Shown piece by piece: positions 1-10,391 of a stretch of DNA of 64,000 bases (positions are counted from its first letter, which is position 1; every line of letters starts with the position of its first letter). The translations under genes were made by a program, and so were the position numbers. Under the pieces are notes generated by a model. That model did not search any database. It was given only the letters and a program-made list of their open reading frames with translations, and was not told the DNA's origin. The DNA is from Shigella phage KNP5. The stretch lies in the sequence record KX452698; one strand, given 5' to 3'.

Positions 1-1007
1 TTTTTATAAATTACCTTAGCTTCATCTAGGTTATTTACTACCTGGTTTTCAATTAAAATTACTTTATCATATCCTGATGTCATTTGTTCTAGTTTAGAAA
101 AACGTACATCATATTTTAAACGAAACGCTGGAAGACCGTATATTTCTACCAACGGGACATAATCCCAGACCTGAAACTTCATGCATTTGGCTTCTTTTTC
201 TGAAATAGTTCCCTTTAAAGATTTATTGGCGATTCCATTAGAAGCAGTACGTGATTCAGCTACTTCGGCAAACTCTTTAACTTTACTATTTTCAGGAGTA
301 TCAAAAAGAAAATCTAGGCCTTCTGGCTCCTTTTCAACTTGCTCATGGTATACCAATTCGCCATCGATTAACACACCTTCTGGATGAATCTGGCGGGCTT
401 CTGCAGTCATTTTGATTAACTCTTCCTTAAGAAGATCTAATCCTAGATATTCATTACCAGCTCGTGATAAAAGACGAACATCATCTAATTCATCGCCTCG
501 GACTTCAGCAAAACACCGAGCTCCATCTGCTTTTAACTGTGCAAAGGCTGGAAATTTGATATTCTTACTAATGCCTTTTTCATCATAAGAACTTGCCAGC
601 ATTTGAGGTTGTTCAGGAATTAAACCTGGCCAAACTTTGTTTGCAATAGATACTGAAGCACCGCATTCAAGGTCTCGCATCATAACTCGACGCAAAACTT
701 CAACATCATCCTTTTTACCATCAGTGATATATCCAGTTAATTCCTCAATTGCAGCATTTCCAGTCAATTTCCGAGTAGCTAACGTGAATTCAATGAAGTC
801 AAGCATATCGGTAATAGTCAGCATTCCAAAACTCTGGGTAGCAATACCGGTCTTAGGCCATTTCTTGATATAATACTGTAACCCACGGGAATAAGTCAGA
901 CGATATACTCGTTTAAGCAATTCGTTATCTTTATTCTTTTCAAGAATTGCTTGCTTCTGCTTAGTTGATCCAATAGATGCTATTTCATTCAGAATTTTAA
1001 GAATCAT
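1..1007 (-). CDS. 30: ATP-dependent DNA ligase, N-terminal part; gene runs off the window start
   Basis: Minus-strand ATG at 1007 in ATGA overlap with the upstream ORF stop; hand translation begins MILKILNEIASIGSTK, the N-terminus of T4 DNA ligase. Absent from the ORF track because no stop lies inside the window; frame not verified to position 1. Confidence 0.8.
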   Translation of the reverse strand, partial: MILKILNEIASIGSTKQKQAILEKNKDNELLKRVYRLTYSRGLQYYIKKWPKTGIATQSFGMLTITDMLDFIEFTLATRKLTGNAAIEELTGYITDGKKDDVEVLRRVMMRDLECGASVSIANKVWPGLIPEQPQMLASSYDEKGISKNIKFPAFAQLKADGARCFAEVRGDELDDVRLLSRAGNEYLGLDLLKEELIKMTAEARQIHPEGVLIDGELVYHEQVEKEPEGLDFLFDTPENSKVKEFAEVAESRTASNGIANKSLKGTISEKEAKCMKFQVWDYVPLVEIYGLPAFRLKYDVRFSKLEQMTSGYDKVILIENQVVNNLDEAKVIYK

Positions 1008-1273
1008 TGTTCATCCTTCAGAGTTTGATTTACATTTCTATTATAAATCAATTCATCATTAAGCTCAGGCAAAGACCTGTGATATGTAGTTCTAACTTTA
1101 TTTCCTTGCATCCAGTGCTTGACGTAAATGAAACCTTGCTCTACGCATTTTTTAAAAATTCGTTCGTCTTTTTGAGCTCGGAATTCTGGATTGCATCTAA
1201 AGAATTGATTTACGTGACCGTAATCACGTGTAGTATTACCTTCATTTTCATAAATAGTGTGAACGACAAACAT
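1004..1273 (-). CDS. hypothetical protein (T4 30.1 position)
   Basis: 89-aa ORF, stop overlaps gene 30 start (ATGA); position between ligase and 30.2-like ORF. Confidence 0.55.
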   Translation of the reverse strand: MFVVHTIYENEGNTTRDYGHVNQFFRCNPEFRAQKDERIFKKCVEQGFIYVKHWMQGNKVRTTYHRSLPELNDELIYNRNVNQTLKDEQ

Positions 1274-2112
1274 TAGAATGCTCCTTGGAAAATATTATCA
1301 CCACAAGTAGGTCTATTATACAAATACTCTATGCCACCAGGTTTAATATAGTTCCATGTCTGAAATGGATGTGTCTGATATGGATGATATAGATGATTAT
1401 AAGGATTAAATCCAGGCGTTCTCCAGGTAGTGTTCCAAGGAAAAGAATCGTTTTTAACCATCTTCTCAATTAAATCTTTTATAGCTTTTTCACTATCAAA
1501 ACTTTCTTTATTTTCCTTCGGTGAAAAAAGCTTATTTTCTACATCATTCCATGTATAAACTCGCTGAGCAGTTTTTGGAATATTGTCACGCTCTCCTCGA
1601 GCCATCCAATAAACAGGAACATTTAATATTTCACTCGCGTGGTCGCAGTGGTGAGCGAGATCGTCAATATAACAAATTACGTTATATTTCTCTTTTGCCT
1701 TTTTAAACAACTCTTCTTTTGAAGAATCATGACCACACATCATTACTTCTGAGAAGGCACCAGGAAAAAGAGCATTCAAATTAAATTGACGATTCAGCAG
1801 AGCGTCAATAGAATCACCCAATGCTGTAACAGCCACAAAATTATAATCTTCTTTTAGTTTGTTAATTACACACAGGGCATCTTTATACGGAGACAAGTAA
1901 CGAATAAAATCTGATCGATTGTATTTTTCAATTAACTTGACGCCAAGTTCTTCATCACAATTAAAGAGTTTACCTGGAGAAATAAATTTCTCATCTTGGA
2001 TCATTTTTAAAATATGTTCTAACGGAAGATTATATTTCTGAGCAAAATAAGGAAGTCCTGATTGCCAGCTTAAACATACTCCATCAATATCAGTTAAAAT
2101 AGTAGGCTTCAT
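1273..2112 (-). CDS. 30.2-like protein with HAD-type N-terminal motif
   Basis: 279-aa ORF; N-terminus MKPTILTDIDGVCL resembles HAD-superfamily motif I (DxDG); abuts neighbours without gaps. Confidence 0.6.
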   Translation of the reverse strand: MKPTILTDIDGVCLSWQSGLPYFAQKYNLPLEHILKMIQDEKFISPGKLFNCDEELGVKLIEKYNRSDFIRYLSPYKDALCVINKLKEDYNFVAVTALGDSIDALLNRQFNLNALFPGAFSEVMMCGHDSSKEELFKKAKEKYNVICYIDDLAHHCDHASEILNVPVYWMARGERDNIPKTAQRVYTWNDVENKLFSPKENKESFDSEKAIKDLIEKMVKNDSFPWNTTWRTPGFNPYNHLYHPYQTHPFQTWNYIKPGGIEYLYNRPTCGDNIFQGAF

Positions 2113-2567
2113 AGAGAGTCTCTTAATAGGTTTAACACATCAATAAATTCAGCTTCGGTTAGTATTGTATCATCTTTTGTTAGACCACTAGCCACACTGT
2201 GCTTCAAAACTTTTCCTTTCGAGGCTTGTAATGCATCACGAAAGCCCTTGTTTTGGATCGCTGCTTCAAAATATGCATTTGTGTATAGCTCTTTCCACGC
2301 CAGTGAATATCTTGAAAACGGAACTCCAAGCCAGAAGAGGGTCCCACGGTCCTGAGCTCTAGCATAAGACCTTCCAGCTTGTTGAGCGACAAGCCCGGAT
2401 AACCCAAATATACGTCTTTGCTGTTCAACATTTTTCACCTTACACCCTTGGAGGAATCCTTCGAGACCTCCAAATTGGATACCATCCATAACAAAAGGCC
2501 ATTGGGCGAAATTACTTAGTGCACATGATGGCCATCTAAAATTGCTTCTTATCTCCAACTCAGACAT
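2109..2567 (-). CDS. hypothetical protein (T4 30.3 position)
   Basis: 152-aa ORF overlapping neighbours by 4 nt. Confidence 0.55.
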   Translation of the reverse strand: MSELEIRSNFRWPSCALSNFAQWPFVMDGIQFGGLEGFLQGCKVKNVEQQRRIFGLSGLVAQQAGRSYARAQDRGTLFWLGVPFSRYSLAWKELYTNAYFEAAIQNKGFRDALQASKGKVLKHSVASGLTKDDTILTEAEFIDVLNLLRDSL

Positions 2568-2775
2568 CTTTAATACTTATAATTTCAACATCAGCCCAAT
2601 GACCGTAACCCGGTAAACGGTCTTCAATAGATAATCCGCCATCATATTTAAGCATTTTAATTGTCATAATATACGGCTCTAAATGGTCTTCAGTGAGCGG
2701 AGAGACATCAGTCACGCGATAAGTAACTTCGACCATTTCCGTGCCAAGTAATTTCTGGATTAATTTCTTAAACAT
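2560..2775 (-). CDS. hypothetical protein
   Basis: 71-aa ORF in tight minus-strand array. Confidence 0.5.
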   Translation of the reverse strand: MFKKLIQKLLGTEMVEVTYRVTDVSPLTEDHLEPYIMTIKMLKYDGGLSIEDRLPGYGHWADVEIISIKDV

Positions 2776-2779
2776 TTCA

Positions 2780-3067
2780 TTAAAACCTCATCTGAAAACC
2801 GTGCGATTTAACATTACCGCCGCCAATATCAGAAATGTTAATTTCACGCGCAATTGAAGGGTCAATGTCAATTTCACGATTGAGTTTAGCGATAGCTAAA
2901 GTATCGCGCCCATTTACTGTACGGAACTCTAAAGGGCAGACTACATTAACGTAGTTTTTAATCGATTCACTGGTAGGTTGTAAATGAGCAGGAAGGTCTT
3001 TAGGCGCTTTAGAGAAAACTACTTCACAGAAATTTTTGCGGGTGTCAAAATAAGTAGTCATAAACAT
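2780..3067 (-). CDS. hypothetical protein
   Basis: 95-aa ORF; GAGG Shine-Dalgarno immediately upstream of ATG at 3067. Confidence 0.5.
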   Translation of the reverse strand: MFMTTYFDTRKNFCEVVFSKAPKDLPAHLQPTSESIKNYVNVVCPLEFRTVNGRDTLAIAKLNREIDIDPSIAREINISDIGGGNVKSHGFQMRF

Positions 3068-3084
3068 AGTATTTTCCTCAGTAA

Positions 3085-3098
3085 GGGGCCGAAGCCCC
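3085..3098. other. intercistronic GC hairpin (GGGGC-CGAA-GCCCC)
   Basis: Perfect 5-bp stem with CGAA tetraloop between two minus-strand ORFs. Confidence 0.5.
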
Positions 3099-3108
3099 TC
3101 ATTTTATT

Positions 3109-3486
3109 TTAAATATCAAATTCGTTAAGAACTACATCAAAGATTGCTTCAAGATGCTCAGGTTTAGCTCTGTTACTCAGAATATGACGAATCCAAGTTT
3201 TAACCAAAAGCTTGCGATTAACGCCATTCCAGCAAGGATGAGTCCCTAAATCGCGTTGACGAAAATCATCATCCAAAGCGATTTTGAAGTTGGAACCTTC
3301 CATTGTGATTGAAACCGTGATGCCATTTTCAAATCGCATATAAACGTAGTTAGGAGTCATGCACTGTTCAATTTCGCATACTGATCCATTTTGATGTTTC
3401 CAAAGGCAAATAGTATCAATAGAACCTGCAATACCATTAGAAACATATTTACGTTCAAAGTTGATGTAGTTCATTTTATTCTCCAA
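3109..3486 (-). CDS. hypothetical protein
   Basis: 125-aa ORF downstream of an early-promoter-like element. Confidence 0.55.
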   Translation of the reverse strand: MENKMNYINFERKYVSNGIAGSIDTICLWKHQNGSVCEIEQCMTPNYVYMRFENGITVSITMEGSNFKIALDDDFRQRDLGTHPCWNGVNRKLLVKTWIRHILSNRAKPEHLEAIFDVVLNEFDI

Positions 3487-3510
3487 GATGTTTAATTGCG
3501 GTACAGGTAT

Positions 3511-3539
3511 ATAATATCATATCCTGTACCAAAGTAAAC
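3511..3539 (-). promoter_or_regulatory. T4-type early promoter (GTTTAC -35, 17-nt spacer, TATTAT -10)
   Basis: Reverse complement reads GTTTAC-N17-TATTAT; same architecture recurs upstream of many minus-strand genes. Confidence 0.5.
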
Positions 3540-3541
3540 AA

Positions 3542-3874
3542 TTATTTTACTACTTTCCAGTGCTGCATGTCAAGTTTACCAACTTTTTTCATCTTCTCAA
3601 TTAAGCGTTCGGCACGTTGGCGAGCTGTAACATAATACCATTCACCTAATTCATTTTGTTCAATTTTTCCAACGATTACTGTATTCAATTCATAAATCCA
3701 ACCAGTAAAGAAATTATGAACTTGAACTGTAAAGGTGAAATCTGTTCCCATACCTTCTGTTGTTTCTACTTCAATAATATCACCTTCAACTGCCATTAAG
3801 AACCACATAGTTTCATCGTATTTACCATTGAAGCATTTAGTTTTAACTGTAGCGTTCAGATTAATCGTTTTCAT
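3542..3874 (-). CDS. hypothetical protein
   Basis: 110-aa ORF. Confidence 0.55.
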   Translation of the reverse strand: MKTINLNATVKTKCFNGKYDETMWFLMAVEGDIIEVETTEGMGTDFTFTVQVHNFFTGWIYELNTVIVGKIEQNELGEWYYVTARQRAERLIEKMKKVGKLDMQHWKVVK

Positions 3875-3950
3875 TTTATTCTCCTTTGTTTGTGTAAGAT
3901 AATACTATCACAAAGGAACCATACTGTAAACAACTTTGTGCAATCTTTGG

Positions 3951-3979
3951 AAAATAAAAAAGGACTCCCGAAGGAGTCC
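3951..3979 (-). terminator. rho-independent terminator (GGACTCC-CGAA-GGAGTCC + T-run on minus strand)
   Basis: 7-bp perfect stem with CGAA loop followed on the minus strand by TTTTTATTTTC; downstream of ORF ending at 3985. Confidence 0.7.
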
Positions 3980-3984
3980 TCAAC

Positions 3985-4203
3985 TTATGCTTTCTGCTTA
4001 CCAAAACGAGAAGCATCATCTCGAAGAACCGCACGTGCTCGGCGCATGATCTTCTCAACAGTTTGATTGATACGAGAGTTCGACCCACGCTTGTAACCAG
4101 CGCGTTTAGAATCACCAACTTTCTTTTCAACTGCTTTCTTTGCTTTAGCTTGTTTTGCCATTATAAATTCTCTTTTAAATGAAAATGCAGGACTTATTGG
4201 CAT
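3985..4203 (-). CDS. small basic protein (alternative ATG at 4161 gives 58 aa)
   Basis: Lys/Arg-rich ORF MAKQAKAKKAVEKK...; followed by terminator. Confidence 0.5.
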   Translation of the reverse strand: MPISPAFSFKREFIMAKQAKAKKAVEKKVGDSKRAGYKRGSNSRINQTVEKIMRRARAVLRDDASRFGKQKA

Positions 4204-4558
4204 TGCCTGCGAAAGCCCTCAAGGGGTACTTAGGTTTTGAATATTTACCGACAGGATAACCATAAACCTCGTCAACATACCTTATAGCTCTTATCTGTTG
4301 CACACCGTTAGCTTAAAGGTTCCGGGTTCGATTTCTCGAGGATAAGATATATACTGATGGATATATAGGCCTTGAGGCGTACTCCCGATTAGCCATCACC
4401 TCGGGGTAGCATGCACTTGCCGCTATAAGAATAACATTCAAGAGGTACACCGTAAAACTGCCGGGGTCTTAAAACTATAATGATTCGCAAATCATTAATC
4501 AGACAGTTCGACGGCTCCTCGTTTTAACTTCACACTAAGGCAGTGACTCTCCAATAAA

Positions 4559-4807
4559 TTACTTCAGTGTTACCACAAAGTGACGAACTGCTTTTCGTGC
4601 AGCAGAAGCCAGAGGCTTAGCATATTTAAGTTCATCTTTTTCCTGAAGCTCAGCGGCTAATGCAGTTTGAGCAGGATTCAGATGTTTGAAATAACGCAGG
4701 ATTTCAAGAGCTTCGGCTTCAACATCAATAGATGCGCCATAGTTTTCGTGACCATTATTCCATGCGTTTCGTTGCAGTTCAAGAGCGTGTTGTAATTGTT
4801 TAATCAT
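4559..4807 (-). CDS. rIII: rIII lysis-inhibition accessory protein
   Basis: 82-aa ORF MIKQLQHALELQRNAWNNGHENYGASIDVEAEALEILRYFKH..., matches T4 RIII in length and sequence as recalled; position before gene 31. Confidence 0.8.
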   Translation of the reverse strand: MIKQLQHALELQRNAWNNGHENYGASIDVEAEALEILRYFKHLNPAQTALAAELQEKDELKYAKPLASAARKAVRHFVVTLK

Positions 4808-4943
4808 TTAAAAATTCTCGTTAGAGATTAAAACTCGGTAGTCACGTTCTTCTGAATTTCATCTTCTTTCGACAGATCTCTCAGTTGTAGACTACCACGT
4901 AGAATTGTTCGGTTAACTTATTATTCCGACACCCAATTCATAT

Positions 4944-4951
4944 TATTATTT
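4944..4951 (-). promoter_or_regulatory. candidate late promoter (TATAAATA on minus strand)
   Basis: Plus strand tatttata = TATAAATA on the minus strand, 137 nt upstream of the rIII ATG. Confidence 0.35.
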
Positions 4952-4954
4952 ATA

Positions 4955-5290
4955 TCACTTATAAAGACACGGAATAGCTTTATAGTGACAGGTAACGAAT
5001 TTTTGTTTAATTTCTTTTGGCTGCTTAAGTCCCAAGGCTACAAAAGGATGCGGAACGTTTCGAATTTGACCAACTGGAAGAGAAGTCAAATCACCAACTT
5101 CGCAGAAACCTTCAGGAACATCAGGACCAACAGAGTGAACTACACACAGTTCAGGAACTTCACCTTGAACACGTTTACCGATAATAAGTCCTGATTCTGT
5201 AACTTCTTCATCACCGGCTTGTGCAGGTTCAGAAACTAAAATAACATATTCACCGACAGCACGAATTGGTAGCTGTTGTACTTCAGACAT
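4955..5290 (-). CDS. 31: gp31 co-chaperonin (GroES analogue)
   Basis: 111-aa [33 protein letters not shown]... identical in length and near-identical to T4 gp31 as recalled. Confidence 0.9.
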
Positions 5291-5346
5291 CGTTTTTCCT
5301 TTTTGTTAACAGATGAATTAATAATAACAAATAATTCTTAAAGCAT

Positions 5347-5655
5347 TTATTTACCAATAAATTGGAGCAAATGCTCAACTTTCATACCATTAACGGAAAT
5401 CAATTTGTCAATAGAAAAACCTCGCCATGCACCAAGCTCAACATCAAATACTGGAATCATATCAGTAGATTCTTTCCGAGCAGATTCAGTCAATTTACCA
5501 GTTTGCATGGTTGGCATAAAGTCCGCATCACGAGTGCCTTTCATAGTACGAATAGTACCATCAGACTTTTCAAAAACTACATTTGAAATACCCATGGACA
5601 ATTTAGTTTTCAAAATTTCACGAATTGCTACTTTTTGTTCAGTCGTTAGTTTCAT
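5347..5655 (-). CDS. hypothetical protein (T4 31.1 position)
   Basis: 102-aa ORF. Confidence 0.55.
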   Translation of the reverse strand: MKLTTEQKVAIREILKTKLSMGISNVVFEKSDGTIRTMKGTRDADFMPTMQTGKLTESARKESTDMIPVFDVELGAWRGFSIDKLISVNGMKVEHLLQFIGK

Positions 5656-5892
5656 TTATTTACCTATCACAGTTTTAATATGAGTTGTTCCACGTTCTTT
5701 AAGAGTGGAAAGCAATTTTTGGCATTTTTCTAAATCAGATTTCCAACTATACGGCCTATCAATACTAGTCCAATCAGTTTTATAATACTGTTTCCATTTA
5801 GAGAAAAAATATTTCTTATACTCTACAGCAAATGAAATGTTCTCGTTAGAATAAGAACTAATTGCTGTGAGCTGTACCAAACGAAATTTCAT
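5656..5892 (-). CDS. hypothetical protein (T4 31.2 position)
   Basis: 78-aa ORF, ATGA-coupled to cd. Confidence 0.5.
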   Translation of the reverse strand: MKFRLVQLTAISSYSNENISFAVEYKKYFFSKWKQYYKTDWTSIDRPYSWKSDLEKCQKLLSTLKERGTTHIKTVIGK

Positions 5893-6473
5893 TATTCACC
5901 ACAGAATTCGTTGATATTTTCCCAGTTTAACTTATTCAAGTTTTTCTTAGGAACATTAAACACTTCAATACCTGCATTTCGCAGAATATCATCCCAGCCA
6001 GGTTTATTTTTATCGTATGTTTCGCAATAAACCAGCTTTTTAATTCCAGATTGAGCTATCGCTTTTGCACAATCTGGGCAAGGAGAAAGTGTTACATACA
6101 TAGTAGCACCTTCAATTGAAGAACCGTTTCGTGCAGCAAACAAAATCGCATTTAGTTCAGCATGAATTTCATTTTTAGACGACCATTCAGAGTGAGCGCT
6201 ACGGTGTTCTTTCGCCAAGACAAAACGATCAGTTGAACCAAATGATACACATTCAGGCTTATGACCTTGAATGATAGTATGTTTAGGCTTATTCAGCAAC
6301 CAACCTTGCTCGGCAGCATAATCACAACAGTTCACACCCCCGGCAGGTGAACCATTATATCCAGTAGAAATAATACGTCCATTCTTTTCAATTACTGCTC
6401 CTACCTTCCAGGAGCAACATTTTGATTCTTGTGATACTAAATATGCAATTTGAAGTACTGTACTCGCTTTCAT
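5892..6473 (-). CDS. cd: dCMP deaminase
   Basis: 193-aa ORF with the zinc-binding cytidine/dCMP deaminase signature (HAELNAI ... SPCPDCAKAI); same length as T4 Cd. Confidence 0.9.
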   Translation of the reverse strand: MKASTVLQIAYLVSQESKCCSWKVGAVIEKNGRIISTGYNGSPAGGVNCCDYAAEQGWLLNKPKHTIIQGHKPECVSFGSTDRFVLAKEHRSAHSEWSSKNEIHAELNAILFAARNGSSIEGATMYVTLSPCPDCAKAIAQSGIKKLVYCETYDKNKPGWDDILRNAGIEVFNVPKKNLNKLNWENINEFCGE

Positions 6474-6808
6474 TTCATAATCACCAGATAAGCAGATTTA
6501 GCAGTTTCAACACGATAAATTTCGTGACGAAGTTTAGTTATACTTTTAATAACAGAACTAATTATATTCTGCCCATCTTTAAAGCGGTTTTTCTTATCAA
6601 TAAAAATTGCGCCAACCATCTTTTTGTGAAGCTCAACTGGATACTTCGTCACAATAATAGCATCATACACAGAAGGATGAATACTATTCACTAGAGTATC
6701 ATTCATTAAAGTTATTCTAATGAACTGTGCTGTTTCAGAATCAAGCGCTCTATGATCGCCAGTATCATTTTCAAGACAATTATCAATTATATCAGTTAAA
6801 TTCATCAT
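6470..6808 (-). CDS. hypothetical protein (cd.1 position)
   Basis: 112-aa ORF. Confidence 0.5.
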   Translation of the reverse strand: MMNLTDIIDNCLENDTGDHRALDSETAQFIRITLMNDTLVNSIHPSVYDAIIVTKYPVELHKKMVGAIFIDKKNRFKDGQNIISSVIKSITKLRHEIYRVETAKSAYLVIMK

Positions 6809-7041
6809 AGTACGCCATACACCCTTTGTGCTTCAACTAATCCATCAAAATCCAATTTGAGATGTGTTATTTGGTCACCATCACCTGGATTCACAATTAC
6901 TAATACTGAACGAGGAGTTTCGGTAATAACGCGAACCGATGTTTCTGGAAATCGTTCAGAAACCTTATTTACCAATTCCTGAGCAAATAGTTTAACTTTT
7001 TCTTGGAATTCTTTAACAGTAATTGGTTTTTCACTTAGCAT
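6805..7041 (-). CDS. hypothetical protein (cd.2 position)
   Basis: 78-aa ORF. Confidence 0.5.
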   Translation of the reverse strand: MLSEKPITVKEFQEKVKLFAQELVNKVSERFPETSVRVITETPRSVLVIVNPGDGDQITHLKLDFDGLVEAQRVYGVL

Positions 7042-7562
7042 GTTGATCCCAGCTCCTTACTTTCAACGTTTTTAACTAATTTGACAGAAACTAATTCGGC
7101 ATCTTGGGTAATCATTACCGGGCCTTCTTTATACTCTTCAAGATATTCTAGAGCTTTCTTTTTAGCTTCTTCCTTCGTATCAGTTTGAGCATAGATATAA
7201 AACATACAACCAGTAATACCTACTACTTTCCACTTAATTTCTTTATCAGTTTTAATTTCAAATTTACTGACAGAATCATCTTTTTGAACTTCTTCGAAAA
7301 AAGAATATTCTAACATATAAGCAATTGAAAATAACGGGCTAACTTTATAGGATTCGCCCATTACATCAACAGCTTTATACCAGCGGTCATCAATTTCGCG
7401 TTTAATGCTAATAACATTTTTCGCAGGATCTATTTTTACTTTAAATGAATTTTCCCCAATAAACTGAGCAATTCGTTTATTGGCCCCACAAGTTTCATTA
7501 AAAATATCTTTATATCCAGCTTTAAAACGATAAACCTTATCTTCTTCAAACCATTCGCTCAT
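7035..7562 (-). CDS. hypothetical protein (cd.3 position)
   Basis: 175-aa ORF. Confidence 0.55.
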   Translation of the reverse strand: MSEWFEEDKVYRFKAGYKDIFNETCGANKRIAQFIGENSFKVKIDPAKNVISIKREIDDRWYKAVDVMGESYKVSPLFSIAYMLEYSFFEEVQKDDSVSKFEIKTDKEIKWKVVGITGCMFYIYAQTDTKEEAKKKALEYLEEYKEGPVMITQDAELVSVKLVKNVESKELGSTC

Positions 7563-7589
7563 TTCAATTTCCTCATTTGTTTTGGTAGA

Positions 7590-7622
7590 GCTATAATATC
7601 ACAACTCTACCATAAAGTAAAC
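7590..7622 (-). promoter_or_regulatory. T4-type early promoter
   Basis: Plus-strand gtaaac (GTTTAC on the minus strand) with AT-rich -10 about 17 nt downstream; directly upstream of ORF starting at 7562. Confidence 0.5.
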
Positions 7623-7624
7623 CA

Positions 7625-7906
7625 TTAAATTGCTTTGAATTCTGATGTCTGTGATTCAAAGCGAATATCGCCTTTGATGACTAGCTCAGCATCAAGACCA
7701 AATACGACAATGATATGCGCGGAACCCGGATACAGCGTAATTGCAATAGAATCCACCTGGTCTGGAAGCAAAGTGTTCAATACATGAGTCACTTGAGCAT
7801 GAATTCGAAGCTCAGCTGCATTATCAAGCTTTTCAAACATATTATTAGCGATAATTTGACTAAACACTACTTCTACGATTTTAGAATAAGTCGGAAACAT
7901 ATTCAC
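7625..7906 (-). CDS. hypothetical protein (cd.4 position)
   Basis: 93-aa ORF. Confidence 0.5.
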   Translation of the reverse strand: MNMFPTYSKIVEVVFSQIIANNMFEKLDNAAELRIHAQVTHVLNTLLPDQVDSIAITLYPGSAHIIVVFGLDAELVIKGDIRFESQTSEFKAI

Positions 7907-8103
7907 CCCACATAATTTTCTTCAAGCCAATTAATAACATCCAACGCATTATCAAAAGTTGAACCATCTACTATGTCTTCTGTTTCATAATCAAGAATAT
8001 CTAAGTCTATTCTTCCATCAACAATAGGCCATAAACAAAATAGATATTTCTTTTCTTTTTCAATTTTATCGCAAAGTTGATAAATCTTTTCTATGTTATT
8101 CAT
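7903..8103 (-). CDS. hypothetical protein (cd.5 position)
   Basis: 66-aa ORF. Confidence 0.5.
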   Translation of the reverse strand: MNNIEKIYQLCDKIEKEKKYLFCLWPIVDGRIDLDILDYETEDIVDGSTFDNALDVINWLEENYVG

Positions 8104-8291
8104 AAGTTTTCCATGGTAAAGGCAGTTTAGTTTTCTTTACTGTTAGTTCAACATCAGGATTCTTTTCTCTTAATTTAAGGCATTCCTCCCAAGCTCTGAT
8201 TTCACTAGTGAATACACAAAATTGCCATTACTAGTACCAACTAAACCGCTATTTACAATAACAATAGACCAAGTTTCATGATGCCACGCCA

Positions 8292-9517
<1,226 letters not shown>

Positions 9518-9520
9518 TTA

Positions 9521-9751
9521 TTATTTCTCAACCAATGATTGAATATAATCATGCAGGTCTTTAGATGCTTTACCCCACTTATTTTGATATTCATTTTTAA
9601 GATTAGCACGTGATTGAGCTAATAAAACATCATTAGTTGGAGGTAAAGATTCTAACCGTTGAATCTGGCGTCCGTAAATCATTGCAGCCATCTCGGATTC
9701 ATAAATCAATCCTTTGAGATGTTCAAATTGGTGCCATGAAATCATTTGCAT
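9521..9751 (-). CDS. hypothetical protein
   Basis: 76-aa ORF. Confidence 0.45.
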   Translation of the reverse strand: MQMISWHQFEHLKGLIYESEMAAMIYGRQIQRLESLPPTNDVLLAQSRANLKNEYQNKWGKASKDLHDYIQSLVEK

Positions 9752-10041
9752 TTATCCTCTTTTAACTCTTGACGATAATAACATATCATAGTTTTCTGAT
9801 CATGTACATATCGTTTTACATCATTAAGCCAAATACGAAATTCCTGGGAATCTTCGAATGGCATACCGACCCAAGCTTTACCATCAATAACTTTAACTTG
9901 CCAAGATAGTTTAGCTTCATCGTATGACTTTATTTGTACTGGCCAATTAGGATGAACTGTTTCTTTCTTTACTTCTAGAGGCTTTGTCGAACAACCAACT
10001 AGAAGACCAATAGATAATATTACTGCTGATAGTTTAATCAT
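9742..10041 (-). CDS. outer-membrane spanin lipoprotein (PseT.2-like)
   Basis: 99-aa ORF with signal peptide and lipobox LLVGCS; immediately downstream of and overlapping the i-spanin-like ORF. Confidence 0.65.
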   Translation of the reverse strand: MIKLSAVILSIGLLVGCSTKPLEVKKETVHPNWPVQIKSYDEAKLSWQVKVIDGKAWVGMPFEDSQEFRIWLNDVKRYVHDQKTMICYYRQELKEDKCK

Positions 10042-10391
10042 TTAGAAAGGTCCTGGATGTCTTCTGCGAACTTGTTGAAGGAGTTGTTGATTTGTTTTTC
10101 AACCAATCCTGGCTTATGAGCCACCACATCCGCCTTCTTTGCGTCTTTGCGCAGTTTTTCATTTTCACGCTCAATAGCAGCAATTGCCTCACGATTTTTA
10201 TTATTCATCGCATCAATATAATTATACTGAATTCGCAAATTATTTAATGCTAAAGCGTTTTCATTGGCCGTTTTTGTAATTTCTACAACAGACGTTTCCA
10301 ATCTTTCAATTTTATTTTTTAAAATTAAAGAAGTTCCGCCCAATGCAATTACAATTAATAGCAAGCCTGCTGTTGTATTACTTAATTGCAT
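10038..10391 (-). CDS. inner-membrane spanin (PseT.3-like)
   Basis: 117-aa ORF with N-terminal transmembrane segment followed by a long charged helical region; paired with downstream lipoprotein. Confidence 0.65.
   Translation of the reverse strand: MQLSNTTAGLLLIVIALGGTSLILKNKIERLETSVVEITKTANENALALNNLRIQYNYIDAMNNKNREAIAAIERENEKLRKDAKKADVVAHKPGLVEKQINNSFNKFAEDIQDLSK

Noticed and set aside
181-873. Plus-strand ORFs 181-387 and 637-873
   Set aside because: Antisense to the DNA ligase gene, whose N-terminus I confirmed on the minus strand from 1007.
4320-4345. tRNA-like T-arm motif GGTTCGATT, possible tRNA gene
   Set aside because: Flanking bases do not form a T-stem, and no acceptor, D or anticodon arms could be folded on either strand; kept only as part of the non-coding island finding.
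8104-8291. 188-bp gap between cd.5 and pseT with a 40-codon minus ORF
   Set aside because: The short ORF (MAWHHETWSIVIV...) has no Shine-Dalgarno sequence and low complexity; more likely promoter or leader sequence, not reported as a gene.
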